Source: Mytilus trossulus (taxonomy: Eukaryota). Taken from it: a stretch of 64,000 nucleotides of DNA. The translations under genes and the position numbers were made by a program. The notes under the pieces are model-generated. The model ran no database searches and had not been told where the DNA came from. It saw nothing but the letters and a program-made list of their open reading frames with translations. The stretch spans positions 91,698,001 to 91,762,000 of the forward strand of contig NC_086375.1 in assembly GCF_036588685.1 (NCBI RefSeq), in the 5' to 3' direction. Positions 38,501 to 50,100 of the stretch are shown here, piece after piece. Every line of letters begins with the position of its first letter. Position 1 is the first letter of the stretch.

Positions 38501-41500
38501 TTAATTAAAACGTGGTCAAATTTTTTAAGTATACAAAGTCCAATAAATAAAAACGATATCCTAAACCAACAACTTTTTGGAAACATAAAAATTCAATACA
38601 ATAAAAAACCTATTTTTTTCCCTAACTTCGGAAAAAGTGGAATTCATACAATAAAAGATATTTGGGATGAAGAAACGAAAAACATTAAAAGCGACAACTT
38701 TATATACAATACTCTTAAAGATAAGAGAAACTGGATCTCGGAATGGGCAAGGCTGAAATTAGCTATTCCTAAATTGTTCAAGGACAGACTAAAAAACGTC
38801 CACGTTGATCCAGAACCCCCCAAAAATGGTTATTATATTAAAAATACATTTGAATTTTACGATAAACAGAATAAAGTAGTAATCCCAAGTGAGATATCTT
38901 TGAAATTAATCCAATATTCGTTAAATTTAGATATAGTTCCAAACTGTCAAATAAAATGGAATATTCAGTATAATTCGGAATTACCGTGGAAAAAGATCTG
39001 GATAAATTTAAATAAAAGTATGTCCTCTAGGAAAGCAAATCAAATTAGCTGGAAAATTGTTCATAACATTATCTATACGGAGCAAAAACTATTTAGAATG
39101 GGCAAATCAAATAATGGCAAATGCCATTTTTGTAAAACAGAAAACGAAACTCTCACACACCTTTTTCACAACTGTAACATTATAATGGTTGTTTGGGAAC
39201 ACATTTTTGATGCGCTTAAAACATATAATGTACTAAATAACACAGTATATATTCCATTGAGCGAAGAACTTATCATGCTAGGAATGTACGATTACAAAAA
39301 AAAGTACAATGTCATAACTAATACGATTATGAATACAGTTAAATGGATTATTTGGAAATGTAGGAATATAATCAAATATCAGTCTAAAAGTTTTACTTCC
39401 AGCCAATTGATAGCATATGCAAAACGGGAACTGGGAAGTTTAATTGAATCTATGGACAAATCATTATCATCCAAAAAAGAAAATTTTGCAGCTGAAATAA
39501 AACTTATAATAAATCTTATACATTAGTAAGTGACGAAATAATTTGTACTTACTGTCTTTTCCATTTAAGAACATAATACATCCAACGATAGAAATATACA
39601 ATACACGCATTTACAAGGTCGAGCATGTGACCTATAAAACCACTGACCGACACATAACAATGTAATCCAGGTGTTAAAAGTACAAAAAATTAAATGCCAA
39701 TTATATAAGTAAAGGTAAATTATTGTGTAGATTGTAGTGTGTTTTGGGGGACTTTTATTAATGTATTTTATTTACTGTAGAATATTGTGAACATTTTATA
39801 CGCAAACTCAATCTGTGTAATTAATATGAATGTATAACTTATGTATGGAAAAAATATTAAATAGATTTTTTTTTATGATAGAGTCCACCGTTTATCCCTG
39901 GACGTTGGATCATTGTAAACACAGGGCCCCTTGTGTATTCTTCCCTGAGTTATACAAGGAAAATGTAATCAGGTGATTTTCAATAAATGTATTTCAAGTC
40001 TTAAAAAAAAAAAAAAAAGATATGATATAGTATACCCTTTTTGTAGACCGTGTTCATTGACCCAAGAATCCTTAATATATACCAAGTACCAAAATATTAT
40101 GACTTTGGCAATCGTAAACTTAACATTATTTTGACACAACTTAGGTGTTCAGCTTCCTATTTGAATTATGATCTTAACAGAGTCAACATTATTTCAGATC
40201 CGTCTTGCAGTTGTGGTAACTTCTTATTTTTATTGTCCTAATTATGCGAATATAAGAACCAAATTATCAATATAATAATCTAAATTGGTTACCAGATAAC
40301 TCTCTACTAAATTTGAACACCTTAATTTCCGGCGATACGTCTTTAAATAATATTGAAAACGAAAGAATTGTAAAGAATGATTTATGAATTTATTAAAGAG
40401 TCTAAAAGGTTTCTAATTGTGTAATATAGCACATTATAAAGTGCAAATACATGCATATTGTGTATAACAATTCACACCATTTTTTCACAATACTTTTGAC
40501 ATATATATAATATATATAATGTTTTGTTTGTATGCATGCTTTGTAAATATTCTATTGTTATAAATTATTTTGGAGAAGACTACACTGTAAATAAAAGTGT
40601 TAAGAATCTGAAAAAAAAAAAAAAAAAACTAGGTGTAGCCAGAGAGCATGATTCTATTTGCAAAATCACATCTTCACCAGGACTCTAACCTGACACCTCT
40701 GTGTTACAAGGAAGCCCATTATGTGTTGCCGAGTAAAACAGAGGTATCGGCTTCAAGTCCTGGTGGAGAGATGAGATTTTGCAGGTAGAATCATGCTCTC
40801 CAGTCACATATGCTTGAAAAGAAATTCAAATAATAAACTGACGCACATAAAGTGCTAACAAATTCTATATTTAGTAGTTTTAAGATCAGCAAAAAATCAT
40901 TCATCACAAAAAATTACACAAAACTAAGTAATAAACAAATTACTTTAAATAACAACTGAAGTAAATCCCCTTAAAGATTTCAAGAAAATAAAAATGATAA
41001 ATTTCATATGTTGAGTGCTTGTCCTCGGCTTAAACTGGCATCAGAGCACAAATAAACAATACCTTTAATTTTGGTGTCTTTATTTCTTCAGCTACATCAT
41101 CTATAATTATTCTCTCATTCCCTTTCTTAATCTGTTCCTTCAGTAAATTTTGTTCTTCGTCCAGTAATCGTGAGCCTTCTTTCCTCAGTCTCTCAACCTA
41201 TGAAAATTAAAAAAAAACATACTATATGAATACACCTTTTCCTTTTTTATTTAAGGCATTACTTGGAACAGGCATATTATCTTGTGGTAGGGTTATGTAG
41301 TTAAGTGGTTGTCTTTTGTTTATGTGTTACATATTTGTTTTTCGTTCATTTTTTTACATAAATAAGCTCGTTAGTTTTCTTGTTTGAATTGTTTTACATT
41401 GTCTTATCAGGGCCTTTTATAGCTGACTATGCGGTATGGGCTTTGCTTATTGTTGAAGGCCGTACGGTTACCTATAGTTGTTAATGTCTGTGTCATTTTG

Positions 41501-44500
41501 GTCTTTTGTGGATAGTTGTCTCATTGGCAATCATACCACATCTTCTTTTTTATATTAAACAAGTGGTTTTATTTGTCAAATCATAGAAATGGGGAACAAA
41601 TATAATTTAAATGCAATCCCTCCTATCAAGGGTCTACCAATAATTTCAAGAAAATAAAACTTATTTAATGATTCTGTCTTGCTAGTAACTTTTGCTTCTT
41701 TATGTTTTAATTTATTAAATTACTAATTTATTAATGGCGTCTGAATTGTTTTATATTGTCTTATCGGGGCCTTTTATAGCTGACTATGTGGTATGGGCTT
41801 TGCTCATTGTTGAAGGCCTTATGGTGACCTTAGTTCTTAATGTTTGTGCCATTTTGGTCTTTTGTGGATAGTTGTCTCATTGGCAATCATACCACATCTT
41901 CATTTTTTATATTTAGACCAGGGGAGCTAAAACCAAGATGGGGGTTTGTCATCCAACTTCTTTATAAAAGATAACTTCCAACATCTAATATTTTTAACAA
42001 GTTTCTAATCCTTGATTTCCTTTTCTGAGGTAAACAATAGGGATTCAAAAGAACTTTAACTTCAATGTCATTTGGTGCCTGGGTGAGTGTTGTCTCAATA
42101 GCAATCATACCACATCTTCTTGTTTTTATATTTGTTTAACAGTTTAAATATCTAACCTCTGCTGCTAAATTCCTTGTTGCTGTAAATTCAGTTTCCTTTT
42201 GTTTAAAAACCTCTCCTTCACGTAATTCTAAGTCTACAATCAAAATTTAATGACGATCTATGAATAAAACTGAAAAAAATCTATTTAATTTTGGTAGAAA
42301 TAATGGTAATTAGACTTACAATTCCCTTTAAACAGAAAAATTTACAGCTTTTCAAAAAACAGATATTATTATTATTATTCATGAAGTCTGCAATGATTCA
42401 GCTAAGCCACTCATTACACAACATTTTCCCAACCTAGTCATAATAATTTATATCAGATCATAATATAAGATGAAACTTTCAATGCATACTCATAGTAACA
42501 GTATCTCACAACATTGATTATTATATTAATCAGATTAACCCTAATATAAACTCTTTACTTTACTAATGCCTTTCACTTTTTGCAGAACAAGGTTCTCTTA
42601 GCAACTACCCAGAAAACAAACAGATTCAAGCAAATGAAAAACTTAATAATGACTCTCACCTTCTTTCAGTTTTTGTCTTTTCTTATCAAGTTCTTTGTGT
42701 CTCTTCTCTGCTGCTTTCTTAGCTTTTTGAGCTTTGTCATAAGCTGCCTATGTAATTACATTAAATATGTTTCTCATTCAAAACAATTTGACTAAATATA
42801 CAAATTTCCTGATAAATACTCTTTTCAATGGAATTCACTGCCCACAAATTCCTACTAAATATATTTTTTTAAACTATACCACAGATTCCTATTTTGTATT
42901 TGGAATTATTTAAAACCAATTGTTTATCTTCAGTATTGAAAACGTAATTGTAAAATGTGAATTTGAATAATATCATCTATTAATGAGAGTCCAAAGGAAA
43001 ATATTTGTCTTTTTACAAAAAAAATTGTATTTTATTTTATTTTGTTTTATATATTATATAAAATCTTACACGTGCAGCAGGATCTGTTAACAGTTCTAAG
43101 GCCTTGGATAACTTATGGAATAATTCAGCTGAAAAAATGAAATGATGAAATTTGTATAAAACACAACAATTAAGGTATAATTGAGAAAAACACACCAGCA
43201 ACATAATATGCTTTATACTGAAGCAGTAATTTATGATATAACTTATATGCAAGGGATATGAAATTTGGGTTTCTTCTGACAGTGAATAGGGTAATACATT
43301 GTTTAATCATACTGCTAATCATATACCTGTAACATATAACATTACTTAAGCGTGATATCAATAATTGTCTGATCAATCATACAAAATTATTACATATGGC
43401 TTATGCTAAAAAATACAACACTTATTCATAAATACTTCATATGAAAATCAGAAATGTCTACTCAAGAAGCATTAATTTAACATGCAAAAACCACAAAAAA
43501 ATAGTCTTATTTACTGCCAATATTTGCCCATACCTGCATTTGGGTCATCAGGATTTTTGTCAGGATGGCATTTTAGTGCACGTTTTCTGTATGCTTTCAC
43601 AAGCTGAAATAAAATGACATAAAATTAGATATCTAAGATGTGAATGTATTTTAGTTTCCAACATAAACATGGATAAATCAATCTTTTAGCAGGAGTAAGA
43701 CAAATAGAAATAGCACATGATAATTATGTAAAAAGCATTAAATTTTAGGCCAAATCAATAAACCTAAAATTTATCATTGTTTGTGTCAGATGTTAGACCA
43801 AAAAACTTTATTAATAGACATGAGATAAAACATTTCATCCTGCAGCAATTGCATTATTGTTTGTTGAAAAATATGGAATAAAAAAAACATCATTTGTAAG
43901 ATTTCTGGTTAAGCAATGCATATTTTCCCAGCAAATTCCACTTTTACAGACAACCCTTATACCATAATCTTAGACTCCCTCTTTGACTATCTGGAGGATC
44001 ATAAAATGACCTATAATTTTATCTGTGAACATGTAAAAGTTTTTAATACATGGCAAGACTGAGTTTTTGTGTATGAAATTGCTCCATGAAGGGTAAATTT
44101 CAAGCAGTTTTTTTTTAAACCAAATTTTTAGTACTAATGTTAACAATATGTCTATCTGGTATTATATCGACAAAACATATCCATGAAATTTGGAATATAC
44201 ATGCACTTCAATCTTCTTTATTATTGCAAATAAAGGTAGTCGAACTTGTTCCAAAATTTAAATAATGAATTTTCACTCTTTTAAGTTTAAAAGACTAATT
44301 TTTTCTCCGACTCTTTTGACTCTGTCGCATTTTCTTTTTTACAGCAGCAAAATAACCTCTGATCTCAGAAACAGTTCCTTGCTGAAGGGATATATCCCTC
44401 ATTACAGGGGCGGATGCAGGAATTTTCAAAAGGGGGGGTGCTAGCCCAGGCAAAGGGGGGGTGCAAAACATATGTCCCAATACAAATGCATTGATCGGCA

Positions 44501-45485
44501 AAAATAAAGGGGGGGTGCGCACCCCCGGAAACCCCCCTCTGGATCCGCCACTGCTTTAAAAGGGTTTGTTCCCAAACTGGTCGATATCGACAGTCAAGAA
44601 CCTGTTTTTCAGTAGTTGTCTTGCAAATTGGCAATACACGTCTCTCAGTATATTATTAATTGTAAAAATTGTTTCAGAAAAAAAAGTTAGTTTTCGTATG
44701 TACAGAACTTATCATCCAGCATGTCCAGTTAATAAAATTGTATAATATACCGTGAAAAAAATCTAACAAGTGTCATTTGTGGTATGTCTAATAAGTTACA
44801 ATTTTTTCTATGACGTCAATGTCATTTAGACTCTCTCTTGACTTTACGTATGAGAGAGGAGAAACTTGGGGGAAACTTTTCTATTAAACAATATCTACCA
44901 AGTATTAAACAACGAGTGATTGATCAGTGCACACAGGATCAATCATCAAAAATTCATGATTCATCAAAACTAAAATTTTACCAACAATTTCATAATTCAA
45001 AGCAGCGTAGTTCTTATGTTGATGTTCTAAGTAATAGATTAGAAAGGTCATCTCTGTGTAAAATTAGATTGAGTGCACACAATCTTGCTATTGAAAAGGG
45101 GCGATATCTAGGTTTAGCCACCGACGAACGAGTTTGTAATGTATGTAAATCAGGTGAGGTAGAAGATGAAAATCACTTTTTACTGAAATGTGAATTTTTT
45201 TCAAACTATAGATTTAACTTTAAAAATAAGATATTAAATATACTTCCTACATGTTGTAGTGAAAATCAGCTAAATATTAATAGTTGTATTAATAGTAATT
45301 CTTTAAAAGTCCTGAAAGTGACTAGTTCTTATATATATAAATGTCTGATGTATAGAAACGAGATTTTAGCTTCTTAATCATGTTAATTATAACATATTTA
45401 AATACTAGTACATGTATGCTGTATTCATTGTTGTAATGCACTGTAATATGGGCCTTTGCCAATTATTGTAATTGTGTTTGTGCCA

Positions 45486-45521
<36 letters not shown>

Positions 45522-46121
45522 TTATTTGTATGAAATGAAACATGATCAGATAACTCAGAGAATCATTTAAACTTTCCAAAAAAATTGACCAATCGAAAAC
45601 TGAGATATATAAGAAACTTGACGCGTTTATTGCTAATCCATTTTCGGTAGACAAAATTATTACGATTCACATCCTTGGATAGGATTGCCATGGATGATTC
45701 CGACAACAAAAGTCAAAATGAAAGTAGGCGTCTTATATGCCATTGTGAAGATAAATCAATTTAGATTTACGACACAAGTTTAAGTGGGGTTGACAGCCGA
45801 GAAATTGGCATATAACGGAATTTCGTCGTCGCCTGACAATTTTCTTAATCGCGAGTTATATAAAGGTATATAGGAATTTTTTTGTTTTTTATTTTGCTGT
45901 TCCATGTGAGCCAAGGCTCCGTGTTAAATGCTCTACTTTGACCTATAATGGTTCACTTCAACAAATTGTGACTTGGATGGAGAGTTTAGTTCTGGAGAGT
46001 TGTCTTATAAATAATTTTGGCAATCATCTTTATGATCTTAATTTACCTCTTTTTCTGTAGCCTCTTCAGATACGTCAAGAATCGCATATAAATCTAACTT
46101 GTTTATGTCTAATGAAGCCAT
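32550..46121 (-). CDS. DNAJC17: DnaJ homolog subfamily C member 17 (J-domain + RRM; spliceosome-associated, Cwf23-like)
   Basis: Exons (minus) 46121-46047, 43603-43534, 43128-43070, 42747-42660, 42233-42157, 41197-41063, 34724-34647, 34036-33956, 33399-33304, 32669-32550; all phases consistent. [53 protein letters not shown]...[35 protein letters not shown]; minus-strand AATAAA at 32274-32269. Confidence 0.95.
32950..33108. mobile_element. 159-bp MITE with 5-bp TSD (hAT5-like), nested in an interspersed repeat
   Basis: TIRs CAGGCCCGTAGCCAGG / CCTGGCTACGGGTATG; TTCCC duplicated at 32945-32949 and 33109-33113; empty site CACATTCCCCATTTCC seen (reverse complement) at ~23515-23530. Confidence 0.75.
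34742..35287 (+). CDS. LINE ORF1 C-terminal remnant with SGNH/GDSL esterase-like domain
   Basis: VIFCLGTND (block III GxND), [22 protein letters not shown] (block V DxxH-like), then a basic Ser-rich tail; block I (GDS) missing because of 5' truncation. Confidence 0.75.
   Translation, partial: LSVNYVSKVIFCLGTNDVTRNMTDKEMICVNMTNAINKVKAEFPNADICIFSILPRKGKGQTLTKCNLTSHSVNLYMEKVCSKDQRLSFIDLWDDFCRPGMGVNPIKTLFDKNDPSGVHINPEGAKQLVSLVKNFMSIDRLGEYQTPCGKKRTRSSASTPGSGEKQQSKRQNSSLEETVSK
35726..39526 (+). CDS. LINE ORF2: APE endonuclease + reverse transcriptase + C-terminal CCHC zinc knuckle (1266 aa, uninterrupted)
   Basis: SLNANG, LQETH, NVYAPN, GDFN, SRIDY, SDH (APE); [13 protein letters not shown] (Tx1/L1-like linker); [38 protein letters not shown] (RT); CHFC...[10 protein letters not shown]. 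Confidence 0.97.
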   Translation: MSIRLVSLNANGMRDKSKRNALFQWCQKKNFDFICLQETHCTKFVENEWKKEWGGLSFWCNGTSVSKGVAILVKPNLDINITEKYKDAEGRKLIVEFKLDSNETIRIFNVYAPNNGIERKHFFNKLKIDKENDIVNYVMGDFNCCLNRKLDRKHMPKREDAGNYELKNFIEKNELTDIWRLRYPNKKQYTFSRGQSYSRIDYIFTSENIDCRVNNAKIVYFPFSDHDVVTITMNLVEPERGPGYWKMNNSIIKTDLFKNTFETFWKSWKLNINNFKDKKEFWDLTKTKIKDITITVSKKLRLNENEVKNWEDKLENLLENDGTKKNLNEVEKLKKDIYKYYEQKAEAARIRSKINWYEKGEKSTNYFFRLEQKRGKEKLWSKIKAENGTYKKNINEILGEQLKYYEKLFTSGGCNREAGEKLLYNVSKTLSEAEKRLCDSEITKDEIFKAIKLMKRDKSPGEDGITAEFYQEYWFLIQDELTQILKETFFDKTLSESQRLGMISLLYKSGEREDIKNWRPITLLNVDYKICSKILAERLKIVLPSIIETDQKGFVKGRNIFDSNRMLQDIFDFIDMEDEEGSILFLDQTKAFDYAEWEWLDACLEKFQFGENFREWVKMLLKNAKTCLMTNGFQSRYVPISRSIRQGCPISPMLYILQAEPMAATIRANPKIQGINLPHPDIENEKKEVKINMFADDTQFFNRTEESIEETFKVLEIYEKASGAKINYEKTVGVYLGRWKNKTPKYKKIRWSSEPIKALGVMHGYSVDIEAIWLEKIKKIKACLEVWKSRDLTLKGRVLILKSLIISKIGFEIEMRGIPEKYKKEINNFMWNFIWEGKVNLIKRDVCCLPLEEGGIGMINIDSFIKSKQIKSMQKILRSKTDNWNTIAKWWLQKFDIKYNCNNFLAKCSDLRGLQMENFPKYYLELIKTWSNFLSIQSPINKNDILNQQLFGNIKIQYNKKPIFFPNFGKSGIHTIKDIWDEETKNIKSDNFIYNTLKDKRNWISEWARLKLAIPKLFKDRLKNVHVDPEPPKNGYYIKNTFEFYDKQNKVVIPSEISLKLIQYSLNLDIVPNCQIKWNIQYNSELPWKKIWINLNKSMSSRKANQISWKIVHNIIYTEQKLFRMGKSNNGKCHFCKTENETLTHLFHNCNIIMVVWEHIFDALKTYNVLNNTVYIPLSEELIMLGMYDYKKKYNVITNTIMNTVKWIIWKCRNIIKYQSKSFTSSQLIAYAKRELGSLIESMDKSLSSKKENFAAEIKLIINLIH
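40045..40628 (+). mobile_element. Degenerate 3' end of a second LINE (CR1/L2-group-like)
   Basis: Peptide [32 protein letters not shown] typical of ORF2 C-termini, AT-rich UTR, AATAAA ~40590 and A-tail 40611-40628. Confidence 0.65.
44405..44553. mobile_element. 149-bp GC-rich MITE (hAT-like termini)
   Basis: TIRs CAGGGGCGGATGCAG / CTGGATCCGCCACTG; flanks CATTA / CTTTA. Confidence 0.7.
44838..45518 (+). mobile_element. 5'-truncated LINE 3' end (RTE-X-like ORF2 C-terminus) in DNAJC17 intron 1
   Basis: Open frame [14 protein letters not shown]...[21 protein letters not shown] to TAA 45377, AATAAA at 45485 running into a ~30-nt A tail. Confidence 0.8.
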
Positions 46122-47159
46122 TCTGTGTAAGCTTAATTATTTAGTGCTTTAGACAAATCCACTGACAGGACTTTGAAAACTTCAGGTCGTTTGCGAACGT
46201 TTGTTTTTTGAGTTATTTCCCCTTCGTTTAAAAATTATAAAACATGATATGACGAGCGACAACGTATATTTTCCGTGTTTTGTGCATTGGCTGTGCGCAT
46301 TTCAAACTTCTTTTTTTTTTTGGCTTACCTGGGTACACTTGTACAGTATATCAATATTTATGTTCGAGGGCGTACCGAGAATATAAAAAATCACTGAGTG
46401 ACCAATGGAAATTCAAAGAAAATTCAAAATATTTAGACTGATGGAAAAAAATCCGATTCGTCAAACTCTCTGTAATCAAGTTATCTCTTATTTGTATGTG
46501 GTACAAATTTTAATAAACCCAGTGAAAGGACAACGTCGCAGATTTTGGTAAAATTTCATACAACTTTAGCGCATTAAAATGTTAAAAATGTGTATAGAAA
46601 GCACATTAAATCGGGAGAGGAGTTCTTATATTCAGAATGAGAATGATAGGTAGAATTTTGTTTAAAAAACTCATGGTACAGAAAGCTCTGTTTGTAAATA
46701 TATAGATGTCTAAATTTGTAATTTTTAAAAGTCATCAGACACTTATGTTTTATTACTTATTCGTATATGAAATTAAAATTTCTGCATATGTCAACTCGTG
46801 ACATCTCGGTTCCAGAATAGTTGCCTTTAAATTTTGGATCAGTGCTTTATAATTTTAAGTTATGCTATCAATTAATTTTGCAACATTTAAAGTTGTGCTT
46901 CACCTTTAGTTATTATGCTTTAATTGCTGTTATGCGTGTCAGTGTTAACACGCCACGTTGGTGTAGTTTACAGTAGTGCTTTGCTTGTGTTTCCTATACT
47001 TATCACTGTTATATGTAAATCGAATCAAAATAAAACTTTAGTACCCTAATTCCTGTCCTTATCTAGTCTATAAACCAGCATAATCCCACGTGTTGCTTTT
47101 CTTCTGGTGGATCTGTTTCATATAGGCCCATAAACTGTTTTGTTTTTGTTTCATTATGA

Positions 47160-50100
47160 TTAACAACATGCAACAATAACTGAACCTGAAGCTGGATTAA
47201 AGGTGACACCGTTTTCTGAGCCAGTCAAATTATTTGTCCAATCATACGATAAATTGTGCCAAACTGGAGATGACAACCTGCATCTCCATATCAATTCTTA
47301 ACATTTTTTTATCATTTATTTGTGGTTAACAATTGAATAACTCAACACCCAAAAATCTGTTGCATCGACCATATTTATAAACAACACACATGTAACCCTA
47401 CATGAACATAACATGTGGCTCAACAGAGAAAAACTGATAGACACGAACATTCAAAAGCGGGACATCGTTATAGCTAGTTGTTCGGTGTGGGCCAAGGCTT
47501 CGTATTGAAGGTCGTACATTTTACCTATAATGGTTTACTTTTATAAATTGTTAAATTGTTATTTGGATGGAGAGTTGACTCATTGGCACTCACGCCACAT
47601 CTTCCTATATCTAGCCAAATTTCCCTTATTCTGCTTTACTACTGGAGTATTTTTTTCAACTGTCACGTATGGCATTGCTTTTCACAAGGTACATTTATCT
47701 AAACTAACACCAAGGGCATGCATATTCATCAGTAGAGGAACTTTACATTTATAATATGAATATGAATAGCACATAACTGATTTATGTTTGACACATGGGC
47801 GCAAACAGACTTTTCACGAATTTGACCCACCGAATTATTCTATCACCGGTTGTGAACCAACATGAGCAAAACAACGGGTGTCCCATGTGGAGCAAGATCT
47901 TCCTACACTTCCAGAGCATCTGTGGTCGCACCCAGTTTTGGTGGGGTTCGTGTTGCCCAGTCTTTAGTTTTTAAGGTTGTGATTTGTGTACAATTGTTTG
48001 TCTAATGGTATTTTTTATTCATTTCTCGAGATCACCTTATAAGAGTTATCTTTCCTTATTTCAAATTATCATGTTATCATTCAGTTTTTTTACATAAAAG
48101 TGTTCAATTTTCTTCCATGTATAATTTATCATCATCTTTCTTACATTTACACATGGACAATTGTTCAACCAAGAGAAAACACTTCTAAATCTCTTAATTC
48201 ACAAAATCTTTAGCTGAAAGAAAACAACTCATATTTGCTGCTGACATTTATATATAATGAAGAAAACAATTGTGTAGGTAATGCAACCGAATCATTTCAA
48301 TGACGATTGTTCTATTTTCCTTTATGACTATTGGTGACATTCCCGGGGAACTTGGAAGACATTCTGGTTATCAATGCGTGGCACGGCATCAGATAAGATG
48401 GTAGTACTCTGTACTTTAACTGAAAAAGTAAACAATAAAACACAGTTTGATGATGTCAAAACCACACAAAGCCCCAATAGATTAGCCAAATATTTATTAT
48501 TATGGTGTAAGTTAACAATTATTCATTATCCGTGCATTGGTATAATATTTTCCGGACATCTCAAAATCCAGAAATATCGCAACTTGCGCGTGCTCGACTA
48601 TATACACGGCTGGTAATCTACACACGCAGAACATTTGGTTCTGCAATGAAAACCGTGAGAGGATTTTCCGGTTGTGCTTGAGCGGAGCAATTGTCACCGC
48701 TTCAAAGGGTATAGACATTTCTAAATCGCAATTTTCTTATTCGACTGATCAAAATATTGAAAATCGGAGAATGCTATGCTGTGGTGAATACTTTAACGAA
48801 GAGATACATGTATCATTTACTGTTGTACGTGGAGTTGAACTCCTACAAAATCAGTTGCCGCACGAGAATTTGCCGAAAAAAGTGACATTTAGATTTTGAA
48901 ATGGTTCTATTAACAGACCTACAAGTTCAAATTTACTTTGAATTCGGTCAATAGGTATGAATGTCGTTTTGGGCGGCGTGTATGCTGTCCGGTGTTGATC
49001 GACATCTTAATAAATCTAAAAACTTCATATTTTCATTTTGTCATGCGTGAGTGGATCGGTTCTGATTGAGGACATCGTGAATGCGTGAGGGGACTTGGAA
49101 TTATATCTTTATATATAAGCTATCAGTCGTTGAAATTTGCCTTGATATGTTTAGATTGTTTATGAAAAAACAATTTTAAGGAGTAGGTCCGGTAAGGAAC
49201 GATTTTGGCCTCAAATTTCAGGTTTATCTTTTGAAAGATTTTGACCGCTTTTTAAACACTTAAGTGTCTATTATATTTGATTCAATTAGTTAATGTGAAA
49301 GATTTTAACTGATTTAGTCATAAGAAACGATCCCATTTAAGCTCAAATATGAAAAACTACCAAATAGTCCGAAAAATGTGAAAAATGAAATTGGCTGCAT
49401 CCGTGTTCATCCACAACCTTTATATATGTTATGTATTATCATCAAATACAACTTACATTTCAATATTAAGGATAAAGACGAATGCGGCCACTTTCGTTTT
49501 ACACGGAAACCGTCAAAAATTTAACAAAAATTGAGGAGATTTCAGTAATTTAGCATGACTTAATGGTGCTACTACCCGATATATGTGCATTTTATTGTCA
49601 AAAACAGCCCATATTCAAGTAGCAGAAGCATTTCCAATAAATAACTATAAGTTTACATTTTAACAATTTTGTAAAACTACTATATTTTGGGGCCAAAAAG
49701 AAGTCTTACTGGACCTACTCCTTTGTGTGCATTAATAAAAATTATGAGATAGAATTTTGAAATAACAATAACTCACCAAGTTTTCTTTATATGAATAAAA
49801 GTCTAACCAATAAATTTCAAATATGTCTCCAAATTCGTGGATTTGGGCAAATAATCGGTATAGTTTACTACCACAATTTGATATTAATTAATGTTGTAAT
49901 TTTCATTGTTATATCAGTATTGCAAATCTAATCCTGAATTTCGTCTATCCTATTTTTGGAATATTGTTTAAGAAATTCATGTCACTTTGTGCGTTGATGG
50001 TATGGCTAACTCGGCTGTGCTGGTTTAGGTTGTTTTATGCATCCGTTTTTATTGTGTAGTTAGTCACCACTTCGATTTTATCATGTATATCTATTATATA

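Larger units (their letters stand above)
34741..40018 (+). mobile_element. 5'-truncated Tx1-clade (L1 group) non-LTR retrotransposon in DNAJC17 intron 6, antisense to the gene
   Basis: ORF1 remnant, 438-bp spacer, intact ORF2, ~480-bp 3' UTR, AATAAA at 39982, A16 tail 40003-40018. 5' boundary approximate; no convincing TSD. Confidence 0.92.

Noticed and set aside
44295-44634. Pro/Gly-rich ORFs
   Set aside because: Arise from the GC-rich MITE at 44405-44553.
48672-48899. Duplicated 75-aa 'gene pair' with 51257-51484
   Set aside because: Simply the two arms of the inverted repeat; TTG start, no domain.
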